A stretch of 64,000 nt of DNA, from the NCBI GenBank assembly GCA_023140195.1, contig JAGLME010000004.1, positions 8,578 through 72,577 on the forward strand. Reading direction: 5' to 3'. Positions 19,864 to 29,740 of this stretch are shown one piece after another. The stretch is from Thermoplasmata archaeon (GTDB lineage Archaea > Thermoplasmatota > Thermoplasmata > RBG-16-68-12 > SOIM01). The first letter of the stretch is position 1. Each line of letters opens with the position of its first letter. The position numbers and the translations under genes were made by a program. Below the pieces are notes generated by a model. The model searched no databases. It had not been told where the DNA came from and worked only from the letters and a program-made list of their open reading frames with translations.

Positions 19864-20784
19864 GTGCATGCGTTGCCCGTGGACCCCAAATTGAGCCCCA
19901 AAGGCGCTATAGTCGTCGCCGTGGTGTCGATCTCGTTCGCGTCCATCTTCATCAAGTGGAGCCAAGCACCCGCGTTAGCCATCGCTGCGTACCGGTTGCT
20001 CTTCGCCACCCTGATACTCCTGATACCAACGTTGGCGTTCCAAAGGAAGGAATTGCTGGCACTCACAAGAAAGGAATACGTTGTCCTCTCTCTGGTTGGT
20101 ATTGCACTTGCCTTCCATTTCGGGTTCTGGATATCCTCGCTCAAGTACACGACGGTGGCAAATTCGGTCATCCTGGTGAGCACGCATCCCATTCTCATTG
20201 CAGTGGTCTCCCACTACTACCTCAAGGAGCGGATCTCGATGGCCGCTGGTGCAGGTGTTGGAATAGCACTTGCCGGAATGGTCATAATTGGATTCAGCGA
20301 TTTCGCGGTGAGCCAGGAGAGCTTGTACGGAGATCTTCTTGCATTGATAGGGATGTTCGCCTTGGCGGCATATATTCTGAGCGGGAGGCGGATAAGACAG
20401 AAAACGCCTGTACTTCCATATGTGACGGTTGTCTACGGGGTTGCGACGATAGTGCTCTTCATGGGTTGCTTCATCTTCACCGTCCCGTTGCTTCCTTATC
20501 CCGTTGAGGAGTGGGTCCTCTTCCTGGCACTGGCGATAGTCCCGATGATCCTCGGCCACACGGTATACAACTGGACACTGCGATATGTGACAGCATTGAT
20601 GGTCTCCATGAGCATCCTGGGCGAGCCGATACTCTCTGCGGTACTGGCATACATCCTGTTGAGTGAAGTCCCTACGAATTGGGTCATACTCGGAGGCATC
20701 CTGATCTTGGTGGGGATCTATCTGGTCGCTTCTCGCTCAAGAGAAAAGAACCCGGAGAAACAACCCGGTTCTGCTCCTACCTAG
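19864..20784 (+). CDS. EamA/DMT family transporter
   Basis: Ten TM segments in two duplicated EamA halves. 306 aa. Confidence 0.7.
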   Translation: MHALPVDPKLSPKGAIVVAVVSISFASIFIKWSQAPALAIAAYRLLFATLILLIPTLAFQRKELLALTRKEYVVLSLVGIALAFHFGFWISSLKYTTVANSVILVSTHPILIAVVSHYYLKERISMAAGAGVGIALAGMVIIGFSDFAVSQESLYGDLLALIGMFALAAYILSGRRIRQKTPVLPYVTVVYGVATIVLFMGCFIFTVPLLPYPVEEWVLFLALAIVPMILGHTVYNWTLRYVTALMVSMSILGEPILSAVLAYILLSEVPTNWVILGGILILVGIYLVASRSREKNPEKQPGSAPT

Positions 20785-21731
20785 AGCTTGCTGAAATCTA
20801 TCGAGAAATCGAGATTGAGGTTGTCCGAGGCCGCTGTGATCTTCTTCCACTCTTCCTCGCTCAACGTCCACTTTGAGGCATTGATGTTGCTTTGGGCTTG
20901 CTCGATGTTCTTCGAACCGAATATCGGGAAGACATCATCGGACTTCAGCAGCCAGTTGAGTGCCACTTCAGCAGGTGTGGCTTCGTGAGATGCTCCGACC
21001 TCTCTCATGACACTGATGAGCTTCTGAGCCTCTCCGAGGTTCTCCTTGTTCATGAACAATGGATCATTTCGACGGTAGTCCTTCTCGTCAAGCTCAGTTT
21101 TCTCATCATACTTGCCAGACAGCATCCCCATGGCCAGTGGTGAATAGGCAATGGTGGCGATCCCGTTCTCCCTCTGGAAGGGTAGGATCTCAGTTTCGAC
21201 ATCTCGCATTAGCAGGCTGTATTCCATCTGATTGGAAATTATCTCCCCGTTCTTCAGGAGGGACATGGCCTCTTTCATCAGTGAGACCGAGTAGTTGGAG
21301 ACTCCCACATACCTCACTTTTCCTTCCTTCAACAACTGGTCAAGCGCCCTCATCGTTCCAGAAGCTGGAACATATGCGTTATGATGGTGTACCTGGTAGA
21401 GATCGATGACATCTGTTTGCAGGCGCTTCAGGCTGCCCTCGGCGGCCTTGATCACGTCATCATACCTGAGATTGAACGGATGGACCTTTGTGGCTATGAT
21501 CAGATCGTCCCTATCGCCCCTCTCTTTGAGCCCTTCGCCGATGACCGTCTCGGACATGTACTTGCCGTAGACCTCTGCTGTATCGATGAAGTTGACACCA
21601 TTATCCAATGCGTGGTTCAGAATGTCCATCATCACTTCCTTTTCCTTTATCCACATCGGCCCGAACTGCATTGCTCCGAGTCCTATCCTGGAGACTTTCA
21701 GATCACTATTGCCCAGTTTCAGATATTCCAT
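20781..21731 (-). CDS. aldo/keto reductase
   Basis: AKR fold with N-terminal LGNSDLKVSRIGLGAMQFG and catalytic D/Y/K/H context. Confidence 0.8.
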   Translation of the reverse strand: MEYLKLGNSDLKVSRIGLGAMQFGPMWIKEKEVMMDILNHALDNGVNFIDTAEVYGKYMSETVIGEGLKERGDRDDLIIATKVHPFNLRYDDVIKAAEGSLKRLQTDVIDLYQVHHHNAYVPASGTMRALDQLLKEGKVRYVGVSNYSVSLMKEAMSLLKNGEIISNQMEYSLLMRDVETEILPFQRENGIATIAYSPLAMGMLSGKYDEKTELDEKDYRRNDPLFMNKENLGEAQKLISVMREVGASHEATPAEVALNWLLKSDDVFPIFGSKNIEQAQSNINASKWTLSEEEWKKITAASDNLNLDFSIDFSKL

Positions 21732-21900
21732 ACGTCCAACCTCCCCTGGTTACAGAGTACCAAAGGATTGCGAAAATAAAAACTTGATGCAACTGTTCGT
21801 CGCTCACTTCTGTCTCGAATTCAAGAGTCATAAAAACCTAAATACTAATCTTTCATTGGGATATACCAGTCGACTTCATAAGGGAATCAGAGGAGATAGA

Positions 21901-24900
21901 ATGATGAAAGAAAGGAGACTGATGACGTTTGTGTCTTTGTTCGTTGCGGGTTTGATCCTTGTCAGTGTGGTGATTGAAGGGTCGAATGGTGGTGTTGGAA
22001 GCTTCGATCGTGAGTACTTCTGTGGAAACGGAGCCTGCCACACTGACCCGAGTGTAGCAACCGTGTCGATGAGTGCAAGCACACTGAATCCAAATCCTGG
22101 AGAGACCATCACGGTTACCGTAACCGTCGCAGGTGCTGAAGCGGCAAATACAGAACTAGGTGTCTTCTTGGTCAGGAGTGCGACATTGACAAACAGTATG
22201 CCATCGGTGGATGGGTGGGTCATAATATCTGACCCAAGTGGCACTACCGCTTTCAACTACTATGAGCAGGTGGTTGTCACAGGAGACGTTGTTTGGACAT
22301 GGACCCTTCAGGCACCATTGGCTGGTGGAACTTACAATCTGTATGCCCGTGAGCATCATGCTAGTCCAGGTGGTGGGAACGATAGATTCTTCTCAGAAGA
22401 TCTGGTGGGACTCACATTCACAATAATCGCTGCTGACAACCCGCCTTCATTCTACATAACAGCACCGGGCTCAGCCCCAGGAGAACAGTATGTTCAGGGA
22501 ACCATGCTCGCAATTGACTGGACTGCTTCGGACGAAAATCCGTGGCCGGCCGGAGGACTTGTTGTCAACCTCACCTACGGAGGAGTGCCGACAGGAGGCA
22601 TACCATTGGCGAACGACCTGGATGTTACTCTGGGCACGTACGCATGGGACACTTCGGTCATAGCTCCTGGCATCTACTACATCAACGGGTCGGTTTGGGA
22701 CTCCAGCGGACAATTGGGATTCAACAACTGCAACAACAGCTTCGAGATCATCCTACCCGACAATGCTCCGTCATTCTTCGTGACAGGACCTGGGTCAACA
22801 CCTGGAGAGCAGTACGTGCAAGGTACGATGCTGCCAATAACATGGGCAGCGGCTGATGACAATCCCTGGCCAGCGGCAGGATTAGTAGTCAACCTCACAT
22901 ATGGCGGAATGCCAACGGGCGGGATACCGATCGCGAACGACCTAGATGTGGCTTCGGGCACGTATGATTGGGATACTTCCGTCATCCCCCCTGGCATCTA
23001 CTACATCAACGGTTCGGTTTGGGATTCCAGCAGTCAGAACGCATTCAACAACTGCAACAACAGCTTCGAGATAACGGCCCCAATAGACAATCCTCCGACG
23101 TTCTTCATCACAGGACCTGGATCGACACCGGGCGAAATCTACTCGCAGGGTACTGTCGTGCCCATTTCATGGGCCGCTTCAGATGATAATCCATGGCCTG
23201 CAACCGGCCTGATCGTGAATCTTACTTACGGACCGACCCCTGCAGGCGGAACACCGATAGCCAACAACCAGGATGTGGCAACCATATTCGCCTGGGACAC
23301 TTCAGGAGTTGCTCCAGGAATATACTTCATCAACGGGTCGGTCTATGATTCACCTGGTCAAACGGTGAATGCCAGCTCAAACAATAGCTTCGAGATAGTC
23401 ATTATTGATGTGTCCCCGACACTCTACGTCACCAATCCGGGTTCTACGCCGGGAGAGATCTATGGGCAGGGTTCGTTGATAATGATATCATGGGCGGCTT
23501 GGGACGAATCGCCATGGCCGTTCGCGGGGAGCATCGTCAATCTCAGCTATGGGGGCACTCCCGCCGGTGGAACGCCGATAGCCAATGATCAGGACGTGAC
23601 TGTCGGTTTCTCGTGGGACACCACCCCTGTGCCACTTGGGTTCTACTACATCAACGCATCAGTGTACGATTCGTCTGGGAACGTGACGTTCGCCAGCTGC
23701 AACAACAGCTTTGAGATAACGGCACCGGACGTTAGTCCACCCATAATCCTGAATGCACTGGCAATGCCCAGCCCTCAAGAACTGGGACTGCCGACTAACA
23801 TATCGGCCAGCATCACTGATGACACAACGATGGACGCGGCAACCGTCTACGTTAACGTGACCTACCCGTCTCTGGCAACTGCGAACATATCCATGTCCAG
23901 AAGTGTGGACCTTTTCTGGGTCGACCAACCATTCATGGAGATCGGGCTGTACAGTTTCATCATCTGGGCCGCGGACACCAGCGCCAATTGGGCAAGCGAC
24001 GTGGGAGCCTTCGAGGTCGTTGATACAACACCTCCTGCGATCATAGGAACGACCGCTCTGCCTTCTCCACAGATTTCCGGCGGACTGGTCAACATCTCGG
24101 CGCAGATAACCGATCTGGATTCCGTTGCGACAGCGGACGTGCAGGTCTTCGATCCGCTTGGTGTACCTCTTTTCAACGCCTCAATGCTCATTGACCCGGG
24201 AACTGGGAGGTATTACTGGGAGACGACCTACATACCATTCGGCATTTACACCTTCGACATCTGGGCATCCGATCCTTCTGGAAACTGGGGAACGGACACC
24301 GGGAACTTCGAGATCGTCGGGGACATCATACCGCCGGTGATCAACAACGTCAACGCCATCCCGCCGGTTCAGGTGAGCGGGGGCAACGTGAACGTGTCGG
24401 CGAACGTGACAGATGAAACCGCCCTGTTCGGAGTCTGGATAGAGCTCTTCGATCCCAGTATGGTTTCATTCATTAACACGACCATGAGCTATGATGCACT
24501 GAATGCACTCTATTTCTATGATTCTTCATACATAACAATCGGTCAATGGACCTTCGTGATTTCAGCAAATGACACAAGCGACAACTGGGCATCGGCCCAA
24601 GGAAACTTCGATATAACGGACGGAACACCCCCAAGCATATTCAACGCACTGGCACAGCCATCGCCTCAAGAAATGGGCGGAATGGTCAACATCTCGGCCA
24701 TAGTCACCGACAATGTTGCGGTAAATGAGGTGTGGGTGGAGGTGTGGGACCCGAACATGGTCTCTCTTGGCAACTTCACCATGCTCTTCGACGCGATATC
24801 AGGAAGATACTACAACGAGAACTCGTACGTGGATCTGGGAACCCACACGTTCACCATAACGGCCTGGGACAGCGAGGGGAACGTTGCGATCGACACAGGG

Positions 24901-26124
24901 AGCTTCGTCATCGAGGATGCAACCCCACCGTTGATAGCCCATATCCCAGTCACGAGCGCCAACTTGGGCGTGGCAATACCAATCACCGCGGACGTGACAG
25001 ATGCTGGAACGATTGCTTCCGTTACACTGTACTACATGAACGTTGGAGACGTGGTGTACACGAATATTCCGATGGTCCTGGGAGTGGGAAGCGAATACTC
25101 AGCGAACATACCACCACAGGCCCTGACGGGAGATGTGAAGTACTACATCGATGCAACCGACGCTTCAACGAACACGGCTAGGGAGCCAGTGGCCGGCGAT
25201 TACACGATCGTCATCATTGACAGCACCCCACCCACAATCACAAACCCCATCGCTGACCCAACAACGGTCGAATCTGGAGAGGACACTACCATCTCGGCGG
25301 ACATCCAAGATGACTCTGGCATCACAGAAGTGGATGTCTTCGTGGACGGACCCGGAGATTCCGGGGGAGCATACGTGGCTGTCCTCAATACTGTGAGTGG
25401 ATTGTATGAGGTCACTGTAACTCAGACCGAACCTGGGTCATACACATACACGATCTGGGCCATGGATGGGGCCGGAAACTGGGGATCGTCCAGCGGTTCG
25501 TTCAACGTAACCTCGATTGCGGGAAAGACACCCAATCCTCCGAACGACGTACAGACGCTGAGCGTCAACGGCAACTCCATACTGGTTTCATGGGTCGGAC
25601 CGGATGAGTACAACGATTCCAGCTCGCTGGACCCGGATGATATCAAGGGTTACTTCGTGTACAGGTCTGAAACGCCAACAGGCACATACCAGATCTTGTC
25701 CAGCCAAGCAGTGAGAGGAGGACTATACCTTGACGGGGATGTCCAAGTGGGTGACACCTACTACTACAAGGTCGCCGCGGTAATGATGGACGATTCGGCG
25801 TCAGAACTGTCCGCCTTTGCTCTCGGAGAGCTGGAGGAAGTAGAGGACCAGGTATCGGTTGACATGCTGCCTTGGGTAATTGCCATTGTCTTCCTGGTGC
25901 TGTGGATAATCACACTGATCGCCTTCATGCTCGGTAAGAAGGGCGAGAAAGGTCTAGGCGAGCCAACAGTTACAGAGACGGCGCCACCGACGACTGAGCA
26001 ACCGGTGATGGAACAGCCAGTAGAAGAAGAACCCCGTACGGAGGCCCCAGAAGAACAAGCTCCTGAGGAACAGTACGCCGAGGTCGAACACGAAGAAGAG
26101 CTGCTGGACGAAATCGACGGATAG
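21901..26124 (+). CDS. giant cell-surface protein with tandem repeat domains, FN3, C-terminal TM and acidic tail
   Basis: Signal peptide after the ATG at 21901, preceded by GGAGA. Four ~105-aa repeats, six ~100-aa repeats (PP..N.A.PSPQ), an FN3-like domain, TM LPWVIAIVFLVLWIITLIAF and a Glu-rich tail. Confidence 0.7.
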   Translation: MMKERRLMTFVSLFVAGLILVSVVIEGSNGGVGSFDREYFCGNGACHTDPSVATVSMSASTLNPNPGETITVTVTVAGAEAANTELGVFLVRSATLTNSMPSVDGWVIISDPSGTTAFNYYEQVVVTGDVVWTWTLQAPLAGGTYNLYAREHHASPGGGNDRFFSEDLVGLTFTIIAADNPPSFYITAPGSAPGEQYVQGTMLAIDWTASDENPWPAGGLVVNLTYGGVPTGGIPLANDLDVTLGTYAWDTSVIAPGIYYINGSVWDSSGQLGFNNCNNSFEIILPDNAPSFFVTGPGSTPGEQYVQGTMLPITWAAADDNPWPAAGLVVNLTYGGMPTGGIPIANDLDVASGTYDWDTSVIPPGIYYINGSVWDSSSQNAFNNCNNSFEITAPIDNPPTFFITGPGSTPGEIYSQGTVVPISWAASDDNPWPATGLIVNLTYGPTPAGGTPIANNQDVATIFAWDTSGVAPGIYFINGSVYDSPGQTVNASSNNSFEIVIIDVSPTLYVTNPGSTPGEIYGQGSLIMISWAAWDESPWPFAGSIVNLSYGGTPAGGTPIANDQDVTVGFSWDTTPVPLGFYYINASVYDSSGNVTFASCNNSFEITAPDVSPPIILNALAMPSPQELGLPTNISASITDDTTMDAATVYVNVTYPSLATANISMSRSVDLFWVDQPFMEIGLYSFIIWAADTSANWASDVGAFEVVDTTPPAIIGTTALPSPQISGGLVNISAQITDLDSVATADVQVFDPLGVPLFNASMLIDPGTGRYYWETTYIPFGIYTFDIWASDPSGNWGTDTGNFEIVGDIIPPVINNVNAIPPVQVSGGNVNVSANVTDETALFGVWIELFDPSMVSFINTTMSYDALNALYFYDSSYITIGQWTFVISANDTSDNWASAQGNFDITDGTPPSIFNALAQPSPQEMGGMVNISAIVTDNVAVNEVWVEVWDPNMVSLGNFTMLFDAISGRYYNENSYVDLGTHTFTITAWDSEGNVAIDTGSFVIEDATPPLIAHIPVTSANLGVAIPITADVTDAGTIASVTLYYMNVGDVVYTNIPMVLGVGSEYSANIPPQALTGDVKYYIDATDASTNTAREPVAGDYTIVIIDSTPPTITNPIADPTTVESGEDTTISADIQDDSGITEVDVFVDGPGDSGGAYVAVLNTVSGLYEVTVTQTEPGSYTYTIWAMDGAGNWGSSSGSFNVTSIAGKTPNPPNDVQTLSVNGNSILVSWVGPDEYNDSSSLDPDDIKGYFVYRSETPTGTYQILSSQAVRGGLYLDGDVQVGDTYYYKVAAVMMDDSASELSAFALGELEEVEDQVSVDMLPWVIAIVFLVLWIITLIAFMLGKKGEKGLGEPTVTETAPPTTEQPVMEQPVEEEPRTEAPEEQAPEEQYAEVEHEEELLDEIDG

Positions 26125-26152
26125 GTCAACAGAGGGAAGGAGTGGACAGGAT

Positions 26153-27229
26153 CTAACCTTCTTCCTTCACTTTCTCCTTTGGAACTGAAGGAACAGATGA
26201 GAACACTTCAGTGGGCACGGCCACGGAACGGCTCTCGAAGGGCCTGTGCTTATAGGGAACAACCTCAACATGAGGATAGGCGATCTGGACATCGTCGTCC
26301 TTAGCGATCTTTCCCAGTACGCGTGTTATGATCTTGGACCTGACCTCTCTTCGTCTGTGGGCGGGGCAGAAGTAGACCGCGTAGAACTTAACGCAGAAAT
26401 CGCCTAGTGTAAGAACCACCCTTGGCTCCTCGACGACCATTCCCTGGATATCGCTGAACTCGTACTTCGCGCGAACGGTCTCGGAGTGTTTTCGCATGAA
26501 CTTACCGATGACCTCTTCGGTAGCTTTCAGGATATGTCCCCGAGCGGCATCCATATCGCTCTCGTACGTGATGCTGACCGTGACCTCGTCCCAAATGAAC
26601 TTGGTGTCCTTGGTGTAGTTGTAGACATTGGCCTCGGTTATCATGCTGTTGGGGATAGAGACAAGCCGTCCAGTGAAGCTGTCTCCGCTCATCCAGCCAC
26701 CGAACTCACGTACTGTTGTGTTCATCACCGATATGCTGGTGACGTAGCCTTTGACATCGTTGATCTTGATCCTGTCACCGAGATGGTATATGCTCCTGTA
26801 CATCAGAACTGCCCAACCCACGATGTTCAATAACGGCTTCTGAAGCACGTATATCATCGCGGCGCTCACCAATCCGAGACTTATGAAGTCGATTCCCTGA
26901 GGGCCGCCAGCAACGACCCATATCACAACTCCTAGGGTAACGAACCAGACGACATAGCTGGTCATCTGGAAGATGGAGGTGGCATCGGCTTCTGACTTCG
27001 TCCTTGAAGAGAAAGCACGTACGAACAGCCCTTCAATCAGGTCAAGCCATATCTTGGTGGCTGCGATGATGAGGAGCGCGACCAGGAAATGATCATATTC
27101 CGCTAGATTCAGTTCAAAAGGTAGGTAATTGGGTATGATCGAATTGCTCATTAGGAGCAGTGTCAGGACGACTCCCAGCAGGATCATGAGGAGCACAGTT
27201 GGCCACTTTCTCTTCTTTTGGGCTGGCAT
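26153..27229 (-). CDS. mechanosensitive ion channel (MscS family)
   Basis: N-terminal TM helices followed by MscS beta-domain architecture. 358 aa. Confidence 0.7.
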   Translation of the reverse strand: MPAQKKRKWPTVLLMILLGVVLTLLLMSNSIIPNYLPFELNLAEYDHFLVALLIIAATKIWLDLIEGLFVRAFSSRTKSEADATSIFQMTSYVVWFVTLGVVIWVVAGGPQGIDFISLGLVSAAMIYVLQKPLLNIVGWAVLMYRSIYHLGDRIKINDVKGYVTSISVMNTTVREFGGWMSGDSFTGRLVSIPNSMITEANVYNYTKDTKFIWDEVTVSITYESDMDAARGHILKATEEVIGKFMRKHSETVRAKYEFSDIQGMVVEEPRVVLTLGDFCVKFYAVYFCPAHRRREVRSKIITRVLGKIAKDDDVQIAYPHVEVVPYKHRPFESRSVAVPTEVFSSVPSVPKEKVKEEG

Positions 27230-27452
27230 TCCGTAGATTTAGTCGGCTGAGACTACTTAGACGTTGGTTCAGAATTATCACTTAAGAGAATTTGATTGGA
27301 CTGCCAAAGCGTTAGGCCCAGCTCTCGAACTCCACGATGAGCGTGGAGAAGACCAATATTCTATGATTCGTGTAGCCAGCCTCGATCCAGAGGTAAGTAT
27401 TAAGGAATGTGAGACCAATATTCACACAGGGGAGGCAGGATGTGTGACTGAA

Positions 27453-27761
27453 ATGAAGTTCTCGGCGATCAAGAGAATGGAGAAGAGAATCCTGGTTTTG
27501 ACCGTGATACTCTTCGCAGCAGGGATTGCCCTGATGATCGGGTCATTTCTGAGTGTCGTTTTTTCAACTACAAGTGCCTTGGACACACCCGTAGAGGACG
27601 CAGTTGGGTACTCCGAGCTCTTACAGGGCACCGTATTCGGTTTCCAGGGACTCATGGTGTTGGGTGTCTCACTCATGGCCGCCGCGGTCGTACTCGCCAT
27701 TTGGTGGGAAAACGTCCAGCTCAAACGTATCAGATCGTTCTACGAGAGTTGGTTGTACTAG
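27453..27761 (+). CDS. small two-TM membrane protein (paralogue of 28038-28343)
   Basis: ATG at 27453 preceded by GGAGG. KRMEKRILVLTVILFAAGIALMIG and AIWWENVQLKR are mirrored in the downstream paralogue. Confidence 0.45.
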   Translation: MKFSAIKRMEKRILVLTVILFAAGIALMIGSFLSVVFSTTSALDTPVEDAVGYSELLQGTVFGFQGLMVLGVSLMAAAVVLAIWWENVQLKRIRSFYESWLY

Positions 27762-27769
27762 AAGAAATA

Positions 27770-27842
27770 TGGGCCCAGCCGGAATCGAACCGGCGACCTT
27801 CACTGTGTGAGAGTGACGTCATAACCGCTAGACCATGGGCCC
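27770..27842 (-). tRNA. tRNA-Val (anticodon CAC)
   Basis: Minus-strand GGGCCCATGGTCTAGCGGTTATGACGTCACTCTCACACAGTGAAGGTCGCCGGTTCGATTCCGGCTGGGCCCA. Acceptor stem 7 bp, anticodon stem TCACT/AGTGA, loop CTCACAC, T-arm GCCGG-TTCGATT-CCGGC. No encoded CCA. Confidence 0.85.
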
Positions 27843-28037
27843 ATGAGAGTATTTGCAAATCAGGATTGGCATATATAAAGACTGGCGGGAATAAGCCAGT
27901 GGCTCATTTGTACATCTCCCAGAAGGAACGAGAAGCGAGCTTCTTAGACGAGGGGTACCACTCTTGACAGATGTTCTCTAGGTGGTCTCGGGAAAAGACT
28001 TAAGAAGTTCCAGGACAGTGTTTTGACCGAAATGTAG

Positions 28038-28343
28038 GTGGGGTGTTTGACAGAATATGTGACGGAGTCTGAAGTCCTTCAGAGAAAGGAGAAGAGGCTA
28101 GTAGCATTCATCTTGGTCTTCTTCTCATTCGGGATTACCATTTTGTTCATTTCTTTTGTCTATTTTATCGTTTCAATGAGTTCGGTTCACGGAGATGCGA
28201 CTGAGACGACAGAGTTCATAAGGGGCTATGAGCCCACTTGGAACGTTCTCAAAGTTATTGGCTCCTCACTTACCACGACAGCCTTCATTCTAGTGGTGTG
28301 GTGGATTAATGTGAGGGGGCAACGGCGTTCTATCATGACTTGA
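28038..28343 (+). CDS. small two-TM membrane protein (paralogue of 27453-27761)
   Basis: QRKEKRLVAFILVFFSFGITILFI and VVWWINVRGQRR align with the upstream copy. Non-ATG start: GTG at 28038 or 28059. Confidence 0.4.
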   Translation: MGCLTEYVTESEVLQRKEKRLVAFILVFFSFGITILFISFVYFIVSMSSVHGDATETTEFIRGYEPTWNVLKVIGSSLTTTAFILVVWWINVRGQRRSIMT

Positions 28344-28424
28344 AGTGTTACTAGATGAAGAATCTCGCTGCAAGAAGGAGAGAACTTGAAGCCTGTCATG
28401 ACCGAAATGTCTTGACGGGGGCGG

Positions 28425-28455
28425 GTCAGAATAGGCGCTAGACCATGAGCTCACG
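28425..28455 (-). pseudogene. decayed partial tRNA-Val copy (acceptor/D-arm remnant only)
   Basis: Minus strand reads GAGCTCATGGTCTAGCG, compared with GGGCCCATGGTCTAGCG in the intact tRNA. No anticodon or T-arm follows. Confidence 0.4.
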
Positions 28456-28563
28456 AGATCATTTGAAAATCAAGATTGGCATACATCCAAGTGATGAAAT
28501 CGGCAAACTTGAAAGGTAAATGGTTGTATATCCAACGTCAAATACACTAACCTGGGGTGGCAA

Positions 28564-29133
28564 ATGTCGACAAAGGAAATCAAGGGAAGAATCTCCCTGA
28601 GAGAGATCCTCCACGACCGCTCGTTTGAGATATACGAAGCACTTGAGATTCGAGACCTGAGTAGAGCACTTGAGACGAGTATTACAGTCAAGCCGCATCG
28701 TGTGAAATCGGGAGAGATTGTCAGTGTTGACCTCTCAATCAAGAACACCAGTGAGCAACCCGTCATACTCTCATTCGTCGCTCATGAAGGTCCGATGATG
28801 TATCTCAAAGTGACCGGGCCAGACTCGGACGAATCTGTCTACCCGCCGCCAGACGAGCCGATGATATCGCGACCAGGTCCTCCCTACGCGATTGGCGTGA
28901 CTCTTATGCCAGGGGGAGAGATCTTTCATGAGTCCAAGTGGGAAGTGGTACGTTACGATTGGCATCCGGATGTAATGGGACCGGTTCCGATGCCGCTACG
29001 GGGATACGGGTCGGCGGTCCTCCCAGTAGGCCCCCTTGCCCCCGGACGTTACAGGATTCAAGTCAACGCCATGTTTCATTACGCTGGCTACGGCATCAAA
29101 GATCCCGTGGGTCTGTTAGAAGTCATTGAGTGA
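28564..29133 (+). CDS. hypothetical protein (predicted beta-rich; 189 aa)
   Basis: ORF with reasonable codon usage and no recognised motif. Lies just downstream of the duplicated region. Confidence 0.35.
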   Translation: MSTKEIKGRISLREILHDRSFEIYEALEIRDLSRALETSITVKPHRVKSGEIVSVDLSIKNTSEQPVILSFVAHEGPMMYLKVTGPDSDESVYPPPDEPMISRPGPPYAIGVTLMPGGEIFHESKWEVVRYDWHPDVMGPVPMPLRGYGSAVLPVGPLAPGRYRIQVNAMFHYAGYGIKDPVGLLEVIE

Positions 29134-29188
29134 AGGGCTTCTGAGGGCGGCTTCGCTCGTGCAACTCAGATCAGAATGTAAACTTGAA

Positions 29189-29449
29189 CTAGGCCTTCCT
29201 TCTCTTTCTGGAAAAACCCAAGACGACCAAGCCGATGATTATCAACATCACCACCAACAGGAAGATCGTCGACAAGCAGACGGTCGTGTCATCGGCTCCT
29301 TCGTGTGTCTCACCGTTCTCTTCATCCTCGGCAATGACGACTCCCCCTAACTGTGCAAGCAGAAGGAACGAGAGCAACAAACTCAGGCTAATGACCGCCT
29401 TCCTCATTCGATATCGAGAAAGCCAGATGCGTATATCACTCTTTCGCAA
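29189..29449 (-). CDS. small membrane-anchored acidic protein
   Basis: 86 aa with a signal/TM at the N-terminus, an acidic middle (EDEENGETHEGADD) and a C-terminal TM plus RKRRKA. Confidence 0.3.
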   Translation of the reverse strand: MRKSDIRIWLSRYRMRKAVISLSLLLSFLLLAQLGGVVIAEDEENGETHEGADDTTVCLSTIFLLVVMLIIIGLVVLGFSRKRRKA

Positions 29450-29515
29450 ATGAATGGGCGCATGCCCAACTGCAACATGTATTTATAGAACCAATCTGCA
29501 TAAAGAACGGGGCGC

Positions 29516-29740
29516 ATGGAAGTAGAAAACGTTCTTCTGGCTCTGGAGGAGAAGAATAAGTGGATCCGGAGGCGAGAGAAGCTCCAGAAGAGACTGGAGA
29601 AGGTCCGCAAGCAGAAGAGGACGCACCTCGATCAGCTTGATGACGTGAAGAAGCACGTGGCTCACTACGACGAGATAGTGACCTCTCTGAAGGAGTCCAA
29701 GGGCATACCTGACATCCCTACCGCGCCGCCTCTGAGGTGA
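29516..29740 (+). CDS. small coiled-coil protein
   Basis: Charged heptad-rich 74 aa. Its stop overlaps the next start in GTGA. Confidence 0.3.
   Translation: MEVENVLLALEEKNKWIRRREKLQKRLEKVRKQKRTHLDQLDDVKKHVAHYDEIVTSLKESKGIPDIPTAPPLR

Larger units (their letters stand above)
27440..28490. repeat. tandem segmental duplication with a period of about 610 bp (small membrane protein gene plus tRNA-Val region)
   Basis: Anchors recur at about +610: gene start 27453/28059; cgctagaccatg 27826/28436; atttg(c/a)aaatca(g/a)gattggcata 27850/28460; tgac(t/c)gaaatg 27442/28024. Confidence 0.55.

Noticed and set aside
19741-19965. N-terminal 75-aa extension of the secreted metalloprotease ORF
   Set aside because: The extension is Arg/His-rich low-complexity sequence. 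The internal ATG at 19740 begins a canonical signal peptide.
21586-21900. ORF-track start of the 1512-aa protein 315 nt upstream of the ATG at 21901
   Set aside because: The extension runs antisense through the well-supported aldo/keto reductase gene and lacks a signal peptide. ATG 21901 has GGAGA upstream and is followed by a canonical signal peptide.
22440-25500. Regularly spaced ~300-nt DNA repeats considered as a CRISPR-like or mobile repeat array
   Set aside because: They are in-frame protein-domain repeats inside one long ORF. The period is far too long for CRISPR and no cas genes are present.
28425-28455. Possible second functional tRNA
   Set aside because: Only the acceptor 5' strand and D-stem are recognisable. 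There is no anticodon arm or T-arm (GTTCGATTCC absent), so it is a remnant.
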